Assembly: GCA_052326585.1 (NCBI GenBank)
Contig: JBKQLU010000044.1
Span: 92,682-156,681 of the forward strand
Source of the DNA: Desulfobaccales bacterium
Lineage (GTDB): Bacteria > Desulfobacterota > Desulfobaccia > Desulfobaccales > 0-14-0-80-60-11
Length of the DNA stretch: 64,000 bases
Direction of reading: 5' to 3'
Part shown: one piece after another, positions 1-8,491 of the stretch
Numbering within the stretch: the first letter of the stretch is position 1
Layout of the letters: each line of letters opens with the position of its first letter
Notes under the pieces: generated by a model
What the model was told of the DNA's origin: nothing
Databases searched by the model: none
The model's input: the letters and a program-made list of their open reading frames with translations, nothing else
Program-made: the position numbers and the translations under genes

Positions 1-1655
1 ACCAGTTCTATAAACAGAAATACGACTTGGGTAAGTATGCCGATTCCAGCGTTTTCATCAATTTTTTCGAAAGATTTTTGCAGACCGACTCAGAACCGAA
101 ACATATACCCACCCGGTATCAGCACTATCGGGACCGGATTAAATATTTTTTCAGCAGTTCTTCGAAAAGCCGCCAGACCGACCCCTTCTTGTCTCTGATC
201 GTCACTGAAGCCATCAAGGCGCCGCAGAAATCGGCGACCAGGCCCGGACTGCAGTGGTTCCAGATACTCCATGACATCTCCACCACCATCTTGAAGCAGT
301 TTCACGAACATTTCCGCCAGGCGCTGACCGAGGTCAATATCCTCGGCTTGATTAATTCCCTGACCTCTTCCGGGATAATTTATCTGGGGTTGACTCCTTA
401 CCTGGCGGCCTTCTCCTCCTTCTCCAAGGACCGCAGCCTCGGGGCGGAAATCCTGCGCGGTTTTTCCGGGCGCGCCCCTGCGAGCCCTGAGAATGGCAAG
501 AGCCGGCTCAACCTGGCGCACTTTACCGATACCTTTTATGAGGTCAACGGGGTGGGACTCACCCTTCAGGGCCAGGTGGAGGCCGCGGTCCGGGCCGAGA
601 AGAGATACACCATTATCACCTGTGATTCCGAGGCCCGGCCGCAACTGCCCGGGATTCGCAATTTCGCGCCCATCGGGGTCTTTCATTTACCGGAATATCC
701 CGAACAGAAGCTGTTCCATCCACCCTGGTTCGAGATCCTCAACTATTGTTATGAACAGAATTTTACCCATATCAAGACCGCCACTCCGGGCCCCATGGGA
801 CTGACGGCCTTAGGGGTGGCCCGCCTGCTGCGCTTGCCGATCTGGGGCACCTACCACACCGCCCTGCCCCAATATGCGCAATATTTGACCGGTGATACCG
901 GCATGGAGGAGCTGATGTGGAAATATATCATCTGGTTTTACAATCAGATGGATCTCGTCTTCGCGCCCTCCGCCAGCACCGCCGAAGAATTGCACCAGAG
1001 AGGCATCGACCCGGTCAAGATCCGCCTCTATCCCCGGGGAGTGGACGTCGAGCGCTTCCATCCGGCCAAACGCAATGGGGTCTTGGAAAAGCGCTATCAG
1101 ATCAAAGAGGGCCTGAAGCTCCTTTATGTCGGCCGGGTATCCAAGGAGAAGAATTTGCCGCTCCTGGCCACAGTCTTCAATTCCCTGTTACCCAGACACC
1201 CGGAGCTCAAATTGATCATCGTGGGAGACGGACCCTATCTGGAAGAGATGCGCCAGGTGATGGCGGGCCCCTCTTGCGCCTTTATTGGCTATCTGGCGGG
1301 GGAGGCGCTGGCCGAGGTTTACGCCTCCTGTGACCTCTTCGTCTTCCCCAGCACCACCGATACCTTCGGCAATGTGGTCCTGGAAGCGCAGGCTTCCGGC
1401 CTGCCGGTGGTGGTCACCGATTCCGGGGGGCCGCAAGAAAACGTCATCGCTGGTGAGACCGGCGTCATAGTTCCGGGAAATGATGCGGAAGGGCTCGGCG
1501 CGGCCATCGAGCTGCTGTTGGCCAATCCGGATCGGTTAAGAAAGATGGGACTGGCGGCCCGGGATTACGTCAAGCAGCGCTCCTTTGCGGCGGCCTTCCA
1601 GGCCTCCTGGAAGATGTATGAGGACACGGCCGGCCACCAGCAAGCGGCCAATTAG
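1..1655 (+). CDS. Glycosyltransferase family 4 (GT-B, group 1), 5'-partial at window edge
   Basis: The frame of ORF 27..1655 stays open back to base 3, so the N-terminus lies outside the window. The C-terminal half has GT4 hallmarks (VGRVSKEKN, FVFPSTTDTFGNVVLEAQASGLPVVVTDSGGPQE). Confidence 0.8.
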   Translation, partial: QFYKQKYDLGKYADSSVFINFFERFLQTDSEPKHIPTRYQHYRDRIKYFFSSSSKSRQTDPFLSLIVTEAIKAPQKSATRPGLQWFQILHDISTTILKQFHEHFRQALTEVNILGLINSLTSSGIIYLGLTPYLAAFSSFSKDRSLGAEILRGFSGRAPASPENGKSRLNLAHFTDTFYEVNGVGLTLQGQVEAAVRAEKRYTIITCDSEARPQLPGIRNFAPIGVFHLPEYPEQKLFHPPWFEILNYCYEQNFTHIKTATPGPMGLTALGVARLLRLPIWGTYHTALPQYAQYLTGDTGMEELMWKYIIWFYNQMDLVFAPSASTAEELHQRGIDPVKIRLYPRGVDVERFHPAKRNGVLEKRYQIKEGLKLLYVGRVSKEKNLPLLATVFNSLLPRHPELKLIIVGDGPYLEEMRQVMAGPSCAFIGYLAGEALAEVYASCDLFVFPSTTDTFGNVVLEAQASGLPVVVTDSGGPQENVIAGETGVIVPGNDAEGLGAAIELLLANPDRLRKMGLAARDYVKQRSFAAAFQASWKMYEDTAGHQQAAN

Positions 1656-1930
1656 ATGCCCGATCTGCCTGAACCAAAGGGTCGCTGCTTCCAGCCCTGG
1701 CCGGTCTTTCCGCCCGCGCCCCCATTCAGCCCCCCGGGAAGAATTCATTAATTTCATTGATAATTAACGCGACCTTAAATCAATCCTAACCAAAGCCCTT
1801 TAATCTATGCCTGTCAGGGTCTCTGGGGGCCGGCTGCCGGGATTGGTTGATGGGCCCGGGGCGGCCTCCGGCTCACTGGCAAAACTTCAGGAGAGGGAGG
1901 GCTCTCTCCGGGAATTGAGGAGGAAAAGCC

Positions 1931-2296
1931 ATGCCTGACGGCGACATTCTCTTAATCAGTGATGGCTCCCAAATTTTTCCGCCCCTGGCCCGGTTTTTAA
2001 CGGAAGCGGGCCACCGGGTCATGACCACCTGCGAAACGCGGGAGGCCTTCCGGTCCTTGCGCGCCGGCAATTTTCGCCTGGTCATCACCTGCTTGAGCAA
2101 TGGCTGGACCGATACCCGCCCCTTCCTGAAGGCGGTCCGGGAGCTGGATCGGGAGATTGCGGTGGTCATTTTGCGCCCCGGACCCGAGGTCAGGTCCCCG
2201 GTCGGCGCCTACGTGGTCAAGGATGAGGGCTATGACTTCAAGCCTTTCGGCTGGCCGGGGCTCCGCCACCTGGTAGCCAATTGCCTGAGTAGCTGA
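1931..2296 (+). CDS. CheY-like receiver-domain protein, atypical (phospho-acceptor Asp position reads Cys)
   Basis: 121 aa with the receiver beta-alpha pattern (ILLISDGS...FRLVITCLSNGW...IAVVIL). The usual D in hhhhD is C. Confidence 0.5.
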   Translation: MPDGDILLISDGSQIFPPLARFLTEAGHRVMTTCETREAFRSLRAGNFRLVITCLSNGWTDTRPFLKAVRELDREIAVVILRPGPEVRSPVGAYVVKDEGYDFKPFGWPGLRHLVANCLSS

Positions 2297-2410
2297 GATC
2301 TCCTCCGGGATGGGGTGATGGCCGCACGCCCCAGCCGCCGGCCGCTTTCTCCTTTTTTAAATCCTCAAAATTACGAAAAAACCGAAAATGACCTCCTCTC
2401 CAGAGGCGGG

Positions 2411-2611
2411 TCACTTTAACGGCATCTCTTCCCGGGGCCGGTCCGGGGACAAATTTAGCGGCCTGGCCGGAAGGGCTGCCCCAACCTTTCGGGAAAAGCG
2501 CTGATAATGATGCTTAAGCAGCAAAAGCCGCTCCCGGGGCCGCAGATCAAAGTAGAAGGGGCTTTCCATAAACATGGCCACAAATTCTTTCCTCTCCAAG
2601 GGATTCTCCAT
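2411..2611 (-). CDS. Hypothetical small protein (start uncertain)
   Basis: Lower part of ORF 2411..2680, taken from the internal Met (MENPLERKEFVAMFMESPFYF...). It overlaps the 3' end of the FmdB-like ORF, so one of the two ends may be wrong. Confidence 0.25.
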   Translation of the reverse strand: MENPLERKEFVAMFMESPFYFDLRPRERLLLLKHHYQRFSRKVGAALPARPLNLSPDRPREEMPLK

Positions 2612-2795
2612 CTTCACACGGCCCGCTGACCTGGGCTGATTTATCCAGGGTTTCGAAATAAGGCTGAAAGAGGTCCTCATCCAGGCGCAGCATCAGGCCG
2701 CGGCAGAGAGCGCAGATGGCCGTCTGGTCATCCAGCCCCCCGATTCTCTGCTCGCGGTCCCCACAATCGACACATTGATAGGTATAAACCGGCAT
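2547..2795 (-). CDS. FmdB-family zinc-ribbon putative regulatory protein
   Basis: N-terminus MPVYTYQCVDCG...CALCRG shows the CxxC...CxxC zinc ribbon typical of the FmdB family. Confidence 0.6.
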   Translation of the reverse strand: MPVYTYQCVDCGDREQRIGGLDDQTAICALCRGLMLRLDEDLFQPYFETLDKSAQVSGPCEDGESLGEERICGHVYGKPLLL

Positions 2796-2917
2796 AAAGC
2801 ATCCCCCCCATAAAATAGCCGCCCCCCTGATGGCCGGCAGCCATATCTGTTGGCCTTGCGTAACTGGGCAGCCGGTGCGGCCGCATCCCGGATGAAGAAT
2901 TTTTTAGGCGGTGCGAT

Positions 2918-3097
2918 TCAGCCGAACAATTCTTTCAGGTTGGCCTCCGGCCCATGCTTCGCCACGAAATCTTCCGCCTCGGCCCGCACCACTTCCGGGT
3001 CGGGCTCTCTCCCCACCACGTCCCGATAGAGCTGGTGCAGTTCGCGGCGTATATTCTCCACCGCCTGCCTCTTTGACTGATCCAGAAGGCTATGCAT
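2918..3097 (-). CDS. Hypothetical small protein (59 aa)
   Basis: Internal ATG of ORF 2918..3304 (MHSLLDQSKRQAVENIRRELHQLYRDVVGREPDPEVV...). The upstream part of the ORF is low-complexity GC-rich read-through. Confidence 0.35.
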   Translation of the reverse strand: MHSLLDQSKRQAVENIRRELHQLYRDVVGREPDPEVVRAEAEDFVAKHGPEANLKELFG

Positions 3098-3637
3098 AGA
3101 TTTTGACCTTCTTCGGCAAGGATTTCCAAGGTTTGCCGGATCTGCTGCGATTAGCTGAAGCCAGCCGGCATTCCCGGCTATGGGCTTAAGAGCCGGGCCC
3201 CCCTGGGCTGCGCCTCTGGCTTCAGGCGCCTGGAACTGCGTCTTCCCCGCCGGGGCCCGATTTGGGCCGGTCCTGCGGCCGCCAGAGGGAAAACGGCTGG
3301 GCAAATTATGCCCCCCAGATTAGGGGGTCTTCATCAGCCCAGCCGTTTTTGCAGGGGAAAGGAATGTTTTGAGGTTACCCTGGGTTCGTAAAGATAGAAT
3401 TTCGGTTCGGTTAATATTTGATTAATTGCCGGAAACGGGTTCTGAGGGCAGGATTGCCGGGAAGAGAGTCGGCCGGGCGCGGCCGCGGGCGGGATGGTCC
3501 GGGGGCTTTGGGGCCGGGCAGACCTGAAAATGACCGGGAACCGGGCCCACCCGGCCCACAGAAACGGCCAGGCCCGCTAAACCCGCCCAAGGGCCTGCCG
3601 GGCAAAAGAGATGCGAAACCTTACCAATGGAAATGAC

Positions 3638-3715
3638 TGGTCGGGACGGGCGGATTCGAACCGCCGGCTTCCTGCTCCCAAAGCAGGCGCGCTAACCAGG
3701 CTGCGCCACGTCCCG
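3638..3715 (-). tRNA. tRNA-Pro (anticodon TGG), CCA encoded
   Basis: The reverse complement reads CGGGACGTGGCGCAGCCTGGTTAGCGCGCCTGCTTTGGGAGCAGGAAGCCGGCGGTTCGAATCCGCCCGTCCCGACCA. It has a 7-bp acceptor stem, a GTTCGAATC T-loop and anticodon loop TTTGGGA. Confidence 0.9.
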
Positions 3716-4354
3716 ACTCTCACTTAATGGGGCCAGGTCCTCTTTGAGGCCGGCCAATATCTGCCGCAGGGCGGCAAGGGCCCGGGCTCGGTGGCTGATG
3801 CGGTCTTTCACCTCCGGCCCCAGTTGGGCCATGGTGGCCCCGAACTCGTCCACCCAGAAGACCGGGTCGTAGCCGAAACCCTGGCTCCCCTGAGGCGTAA
3901 GGGCGATGCGGCCGGGGCACTCCCCTCTGGTCCGGAAGAGGCGGCCGTCCGGCAGGGCCAGGGCGATTTCGCAGACGAACCGGGCCTGGCGCTGCTCCCA
4001 GGGAATCTCCCGCAGCTCCTCCAAGAGTTTGCCCCAGTTGTCGGCGTCGCCGGGGCGGGCCGGTTGCGTACGGTCCTGGGCGTAGCGGGCCGAATGGACT
4101 CCGGGGCGGCCTCCCAGGGCCGCGACCTCCAGACCGGAGTCGTCGGCCAGGGCCGGAAACCCTGTGAGCCGCAGCACTTCCCGGGCCTTGGTCTCGGCAT
4201 TCGCCGCGAAGCTCGCGCCCTCCTCAGGAATCTCCGGCAGTCCCGGGAAATCGTCCAACCCCAACAGGCGCAAATTCAGGTCTGCCAGGATGTGCCTGAG
4301 CTCCCGGATCTTGCCGGCCGAGCGCGAGGCCATCACCAGGACAGGGGCAGCCAT
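3692..4354 (-). CDS. rdgB: RdgB/HAM1 non-canonical purine NTP pyrophosphatase
   Basis: VLVMASRSAGKIRE..., FGYDPVFWVDEFGATMAQL and KDRISHRARAL motifs. The 3' tail runs 24 nt into the tRNA-Pro gene. Confidence 0.88.
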   Translation of the reverse strand: MAAPVLVMASRSAGKIRELRHILADLNLRLLGLDDFPGLPEIPEEGASFAANAETKAREVLRLTGFPALADDSGLEVAALGGRPGVHSARYAQDRTQPARPGDADNWGKLLEELREIPWEQRQARFVCEIALALPDGRLFRTRGECPGRIALTPQGSQGFGYDPVFWVDEFGATMAQLGPEVKDRISHRARALAALRQILAGLKEDLAPLSESRDVAQPG

Positions 4355-5070
4355 GGGCGCAGGGCCTCCTCCTGGAGGTGGAAGAGCTCCTTAAGGCCCT
4401 CCTGAGCCAGGGCCAGCATCTGCGCCAACTGGGGGGCGGGAAAGGGCCCCGCCTCGCCGCTGAGCTGGACCTCGATGAGTTCGCCCTTGCTGGTGCCCAC
4501 GAAGTTGGCGTCCACCGCGGCCTGGGAATCCTCTTCATAGTCCAGGTCCAGCAACAGTTGCCCCCGGCAGGCGCCGGCGCTCACCGCGGCCACCTGCCCG
4601 GAAAGGGGCCGGGCGGCCAGCAGGCCCTGGCGCCGCAACCCTTCCAGGGCCAGGTTCAGGGCCACGAAGGCCCCGGTGATGCTGGCGCTGCGGGTGCCGC
4701 CGTCGGCCTGCAGGACGTCGCAGTCCAGGATGACGGTGCGGGGGCCCAGGGCCTTAAGGTCCACCGCGGCCCGGAGCGAGCGCCCGATGAGGCGGCTGAT
4801 CTCGTGGGTCCGGCCCCCCACCTGGCCCCGGCGGGACTCCCGCTCCTGGCGGCCGTGGGTCGCCCGGGGCAGCATGGCGTATTCGGCGGTGACCCAACCG
4901 CCGCCGCCGGCTTGACGAAAGGGCGGCACCGTCTCCAGCACCGTGGCGGCGCACAAGACCCGGGTGCGGCCCCAGGTAACCAGGCAGGAGCCTTCGGCAA
5001 AATCGAGGTAACCCGGGGTCAGGCTCACCGGCCGGAGCCGGTTCCGGGCCCGTCCGCTCTCGCGGCGCAT
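4333..5070 (-). CDS. rph: Ribonuclease PH
   Basis: RPVSLTPGYLDFAEGSCLVTWGRTRVLCAATV, GWVTAEYAMLPRAT, DCDVLQADGGTR. Confidence 0.93.
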   Translation of the reverse strand: MRRESGRARNRLRPVSLTPGYLDFAEGSCLVTWGRTRVLCAATVLETVPPFRQAGGGGWVTAEYAMLPRATHGRQERESRRGQVGGRTHEISRLIGRSLRAAVDLKALGPRTVILDCDVLQADGGTRSASITGAFVALNLALEGLRRQGLLAARPLSGQVAAVSAGACRGQLLLDLDYEEDSQAAVDANFVGTSKGELIEVQLSGEAGPFPAPQLAQMLALAQEGLKELFHLQEEALRPWLPLSW

Positions 5071-5073
5071 GGC

Positions 5074-5247
5074 TTAATCCTTAAGGGATTGGCGCAGGGT
5101 GTCGATTACCAGGTTAAATGTGTCGCTAAAGGAGGCGGGGGAGACCCGGCCCACCTCGATGAACTTGACCACGATCTCCTTGGCCGCCTTCAGGAGCACT
5201 TCCTCCCGGGTCGGCAGGGGGGCTCCGGCTGGTCGCTCCCGGCTCAT
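5074..5247 (-). CDS. Hypothetical 57-aa protein (below the ORF-track size cut-off)
   Basis: Hand translation gives MSRERPAGAPLPTREEVLLKAAKEIVVKFIEVGRVSPASFSDTFNLVIDTLRQSLKD. AAGGGAG lies 6 nt upstream of the ATG, and the stop is 4 nt before the rph start codon. Confidence 0.45.
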   Translation of the reverse strand: MSRERPAGAPLPTREEVLLKAAKEIVVKFIEVGRVSPASFSDTFNLVIDTLRQSLKD

Positions 5248-5315
5248 GCAAGGCTCCCTTCTGCGGCGATTTTTTGGTATATTATCAGTGAGCAGTAAGC
5301 AGTGAGCAGTGGAAT

Positions 5316-5337
5316 TGGTGGGCAGTGCCCACCCTAC
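5316..5337. repeat. Hairpin-CCCTAC repeat unit (TGGTGGGCAGTGCCCACCCTAC)
   Basis: Exact 22-mer also present at 8753-8774. GGTGGGCA/GTGCCCACC is palindromic. Confidence 0.85.
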
Positions 5338-5462
5338 ACTCTAGAAGGATTCGCAGATCTTTAATTTGCCGGTAAAACTCCAACTGGAAACTCCGGGAGA
5401 CCGCATCAGGGCCAAAGGCCCATGCCACAGTCGCCCCTACGGCCAGAAACTTCTAGAAAAGG

Positions 5463-5527
5463 TTGCCAGTTCCCAGTTCCCAGAGTAGTAGAAGTTCCCG
5501 AAAACTGGCAACTGGCAACTGGAAACT
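5463..5527. repeat. Inverted heptamer arrays (CCAGTTC x2 versus AACTGGC x3)
   Basis: ttgccagttcccagttcccag ... aaactggcaactggcaactggaaact, where the two arms are approximate reverse complements. Confidence 0.7.
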
Positions 5528-5629
5528 ATCAAAAGGCCCCGCGGGCCAGAAGAAGGCCGTCTTGATGGCCGGCGGGGCGGGTCAAGAAGAACCGGGTCAC
5601 AGCCCTCCTCAAGGGGAAATGATAAACCA

Positions 5630-7393
5630 GTGACTGGGCCAAGGCAAGAGCTAAAAAGAGAGCGGGCCATCCGGGTTCTGCCGCCCCAGGTGGCGGCCCA
5701 GATTGCCGCGGGGGAGGTCATCCTGCGCCCCGCCGCGGTGGTCAAGGAACTGGTGGAAAACTCCCTGGACGCCGGGGCCCGGAGCCTGGTGGTGGAGATC
5801 GAGGAGGGGGGCTGCCGCCGCCTACGGGTGGTGGACGACGGCTGGGGTATGACGAGGGCGGAGGCCCTCCTGAGCCTGGAGCGCCACGCCACCAGCAAGC
5901 TCAGGGATGAGGCCGACCTTCTCAACATCAGCACCCTGGGGTTTAGGGGCGAGGCCCTGCCCAGCATCGCCGCGGTGAGCCGCTTGACCCTGGTCACCTG
6001 CCCGCCGGGGACGTCCCCGGGCTTCCGGCTGGTGAGCCTGGCCGGGGAATTACAGGAATCGTCTCCCTGGGCGGCTGCCGGCGGCACCCAGGTGGAGGTG
6101 GCGGAGCTCTTTTTCAATACCCCGGCCCGGCGCAAATTTCTGAAGAGCAAAGAAGGAGAGCAGGCCTACATCGTCGAGATGTTGCGCCATCTGGCCCTGG
6201 GGTATCCGGAGGTCCAGTTCACCCTGAAGACGCCGACCCGGGTGCTGCTCAGCGCCCCGGGGCCGCATGAGCTGCCGGCCCGGGTGGCGGCCCTCTACGG
6301 CGCCGAGGCGGCGGCGCGGATGCTGCCGGTGTCCCTGGGGACCGGCTCCTTTGAGGTCAGCGGGCTCATCAGCGACCCGGATTTTTCCCTGGCCAGCTCC
6401 CGCTTCCAGGTCTTCCTGGTGAACCGCCGGGTGGTGCAGGACCGCATCCTGGGAGGGGTCCTGAAAGAGGTGTTCGCCGGCCTTCTGCCCCGGGGGCGCC
6501 ATCCGGCGGCAGTGCTCCACCTGACGCTCCCCGCCCCGGACTTGGACGTCAACGTCCACCCGGCCAAGGCCGAGGTGCGTTTTCAAGATCCGGGCCGGAT
6601 CTACGCCCTGCTGCTGGCGGCCCTGCGCCAGGCCCTGGGGCCGCTCTCCGGCGCGGCTCCCGGATACCGGGTGACCTTGCAGCCCGACTTCCCGCGGGTG
6701 GCCGAGGCTTCACTCCTGTCGCCATCCCCGCCTTCCTGGGGCGCCGCGGCCCCCTGGCCCCTGCCGCCGGCGCCGGCGCCGGGGGCGCTGCCGGCGGCCG
6801 CGCCCCGCTCCTGGCGCTTCCAGGACCTCAGGATCATCGGCCAGTTGAAGAACACCTATATCCTGACCCAGTCCCCGGAGGGCCTGGTCCTCATCGACCA
6901 GCACGCGGCCCACGAACGCGTTCTCTATGAATCCCTGCAGGCCAAAGGTCCGGGGGCCGCCAGCCAGGCGCTGCTCTTCCCCAAGGTGGTGGAGGTTCCC
7001 GCCGCCCAGGCCGATTGGGTACGGGAGCACCTGGAGGTCCTGGCCCAGGCGGGCCTGGCCCTCTCGGACTTTGGCGGGGCCAGCTTTCTGATCACCGCGG
7101 TTCCAGCCTTTCTCAGCCACGCCGACCTGGAGGCGGTGCTGGCCGAGGCGGTGGAGGTCTTGTCCCCCTTGAAGGGCGGCGCCTCGCCCCAGGCGATTAA
7201 GGAGCAGGCTTGCCAGTTCATGGCCTGCCGGGGGGCCGTCAAGGCGGGAGACCCCCTGAAGGGGGAGGCCGTTCAGGCCTTGCTGGCCCAATTGGATGAC
7301 ATCCCGGTATCCTCCCACTGCCCCCACGGCCGCCCCCTGTGGCGCCTGATCCCTTACGGCGACATCCACCAGAGCTTCCGACGCCCTAAATGA
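5630..7393 (+). CDS. mutL: DNA mismatch repair protein MutL
   Basis: GHKL ATPase N-terminus (IRVLPPQVAAQIAAGEVILRPAAVVKELVENSLDAGA), a Pro/Ala linker, and C-terminal dimerisation domain (GQLKNTYIL...DQHAAHERV...CPHGRP). GTG start. Confidence 0.93.
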   Translation: MTGPRQELKRERAIRVLPPQVAAQIAAGEVILRPAAVVKELVENSLDAGARSLVVEIEEGGCRRLRVVDDGWGMTRAEALLSLERHATSKLRDEADLLNISTLGFRGEALPSIAAVSRLTLVTCPPGTSPGFRLVSLAGELQESSPWAAAGGTQVEVAELFFNTPARRKFLKSKEGEQAYIVEMLRHLALGYPEVQFTLKTPTRVLLSAPGPHELPARVAALYGAEAAARMLPVSLGTGSFEVSGLISDPDFSLASSRFQVFLVNRRVVQDRILGGVLKEVFAGLLPRGRHPAAVLHLTLPAPDLDVNVHPAKAEVRFQDPGRIYALLLAALRQALGPLSGAAPGYRVTLQPDFPRVAEASLLSPSPPSWGAAAPWPLPPAPAPGALPAAAPRSWRFQDLRIIGQLKNTYILTQSPEGLVLIDQHAAHERVLYESLQAKGPGAASQALLFPKVVEVPAAQADWVREHLEVLAQAGLALSDFGGASFLITAVPAFLSHADLEAVLAEAVEVLSPLKGGASPQAIKEQACQFMACRGAVKAGDPLKGEAVQALLAQLDDIPVSSHCPHGRPLWRLIPYGDIHQSFRRPK

Positions 7394-7505
7394 GGCGGTT
7401 TGCGGTTGGAACCCGCTCCTGGGGGCGGACACACGGGGCCGCCCCGACATTCAGCAAATGAGGCGGTTTGCGGCGGCAACCCCGGCCGGTTGCCTGGGGA
7501 TATAA

Positions 7506-8450
7506 TTGAGGCTCATGACCAGGTCGCGCAACAATCGAGATCAGCCTCCGGTGGCGGTGTTGCTGGGCCCCACTGCGGTGGGCAAGACCGCCGTCGCCCT
7601 GGAATTGGCCCGCCGCCTTAAGGCGGAGATCGTCAACGCCGACTCCCTCCAGGTCTACCGCGAGCTCGATATCGGCACCGCCAAGCCCAGCCCGGCGGAA
7701 CGCCTCCTGGTACCCCATCACCTGGTGGACGTGGCCGACCCCCCGGAGCCTTATGACGCAGCCCGCTACTCCCGGGAGGGCCGGGCGGCGCTGGCCGCCC
7801 TGCACGCCCGCGGCACCCCGCCCCTGGTGGTGGGAGGCAGCGGCCTCTATCTCAAGGCCCTGCTCTATGGCCTCTTTGAGGAAGGCTCGCCCCGGGCGGA
7901 AATCCGGGGGCGCCTGCAGCGGGAGCTTACCGATCTGGGACCCCTGCACCTGCACCAGCGCCTGGCGGCCCTGGACCCGATCACCGCCGGCCGCCTGCAC
8001 CATAACGACCGCTACCGCATCCTCCGGGCCCTGGAGGTTATGGAGGCCAGCGGCCGGCCCCTCTCGGAACTCTTCCAGGCCCATCGCTTCCGGCACTGCC
8101 CCTACCGCCTCCTGAAGCTGGGCCTGAGAATCCCCCGGGAAGAACTCGACTCCAGGATCGCTTTGCGCATAGAGACCATGCTGGCCCAGGGATTTCTTCA
8201 GGAGGTGGCGGATCTGCTGGGGCGTTATCCTCCGGACCTGAAGCCCTTGCAGTCCCTGGGCTACCGGCACTTGCGCCAATACCTCAACGGGGAGCGCTCC
8301 TGGGAGGAGTCCCTGGCGGCGCTGCAGGTGGACACCCGGCGCTATGCCAAGCGCCAGGCCACCTGGTTCCGGGCCGACCCGGAGATCGAGTGGTTTCACC
8401 CGGAGCAAGTGGAGGAGATGGCCGCGGCGCTGGCGGGGTTCTTCGCCTAG
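7506..8450 (+). CDS. miaA: tRNA dimethylallyltransferase MiaA
   Basis: P-loop LLGPTAVGKTAVALELA, NADSLQVYRELDIGTAKPS and TRRYAKRQATWFR. The start may be the ATG at 7515. Confidence 0.92.
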   Translation: MRLMTRSRNNRDQPPVAVLLGPTAVGKTAVALELARRLKAEIVNADSLQVYRELDIGTAKPSPAERLLVPHHLVDVADPPEPYDAARYSREGRAALAALHARGTPPLVVGGSGLYLKALLYGLFEEGSPRAEIRGRLQRELTDLGPLHLHQRLAALDPITAGRLHHNDRYRILRALEVMEASGRPLSELFQAHRFRHCPYRLLKLGLRIPREELDSRIALRIETMLAQGFLQEVADLLGRYPPDLKPLQSLGYRHLRQYLNGERSWEESLAALQVDTRRYAKRQATWFRADPEIEWFHPEQVEEMAAALAGFFA

Positions 8451-8491
8451 ACAGATAACCAACCGATCCGATTAATCAGAGAAGCCACTTT

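Noticed and set aside
3411-3636. ORFs 3411-3605 (-) and 3418-3636 (+)
   Set aside because: They are mutually antisense Gly/Pro/Arg-rich translations of a GC-rich intergenic tract downstream of the tRNA, with no motifs.
5283-5527. Possible CRISPR array, because of short tandem repeats
   Set aside because: The units are only 7 nt with no spacers of 25-40 nt and no cas genes. No CRISPR array is present anywhere in the window.
7386-8462. 358-aa minus-strand ORF, with similar ones at 18044-19411, 14189-15358, 4378-5298, 6710-7450, 16222-17052 and 22163-23140
   Set aside because: Each is antisense to, or frame-shifted within, a confidently identified conserved gene (miaA, TPR lipoprotein, nnr, rph, mutL, hisF, mogA/MOSC). 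All have Pro/Gly/Arg/Ala-rich compositions typical of non-coding frames in high-GC DNA.
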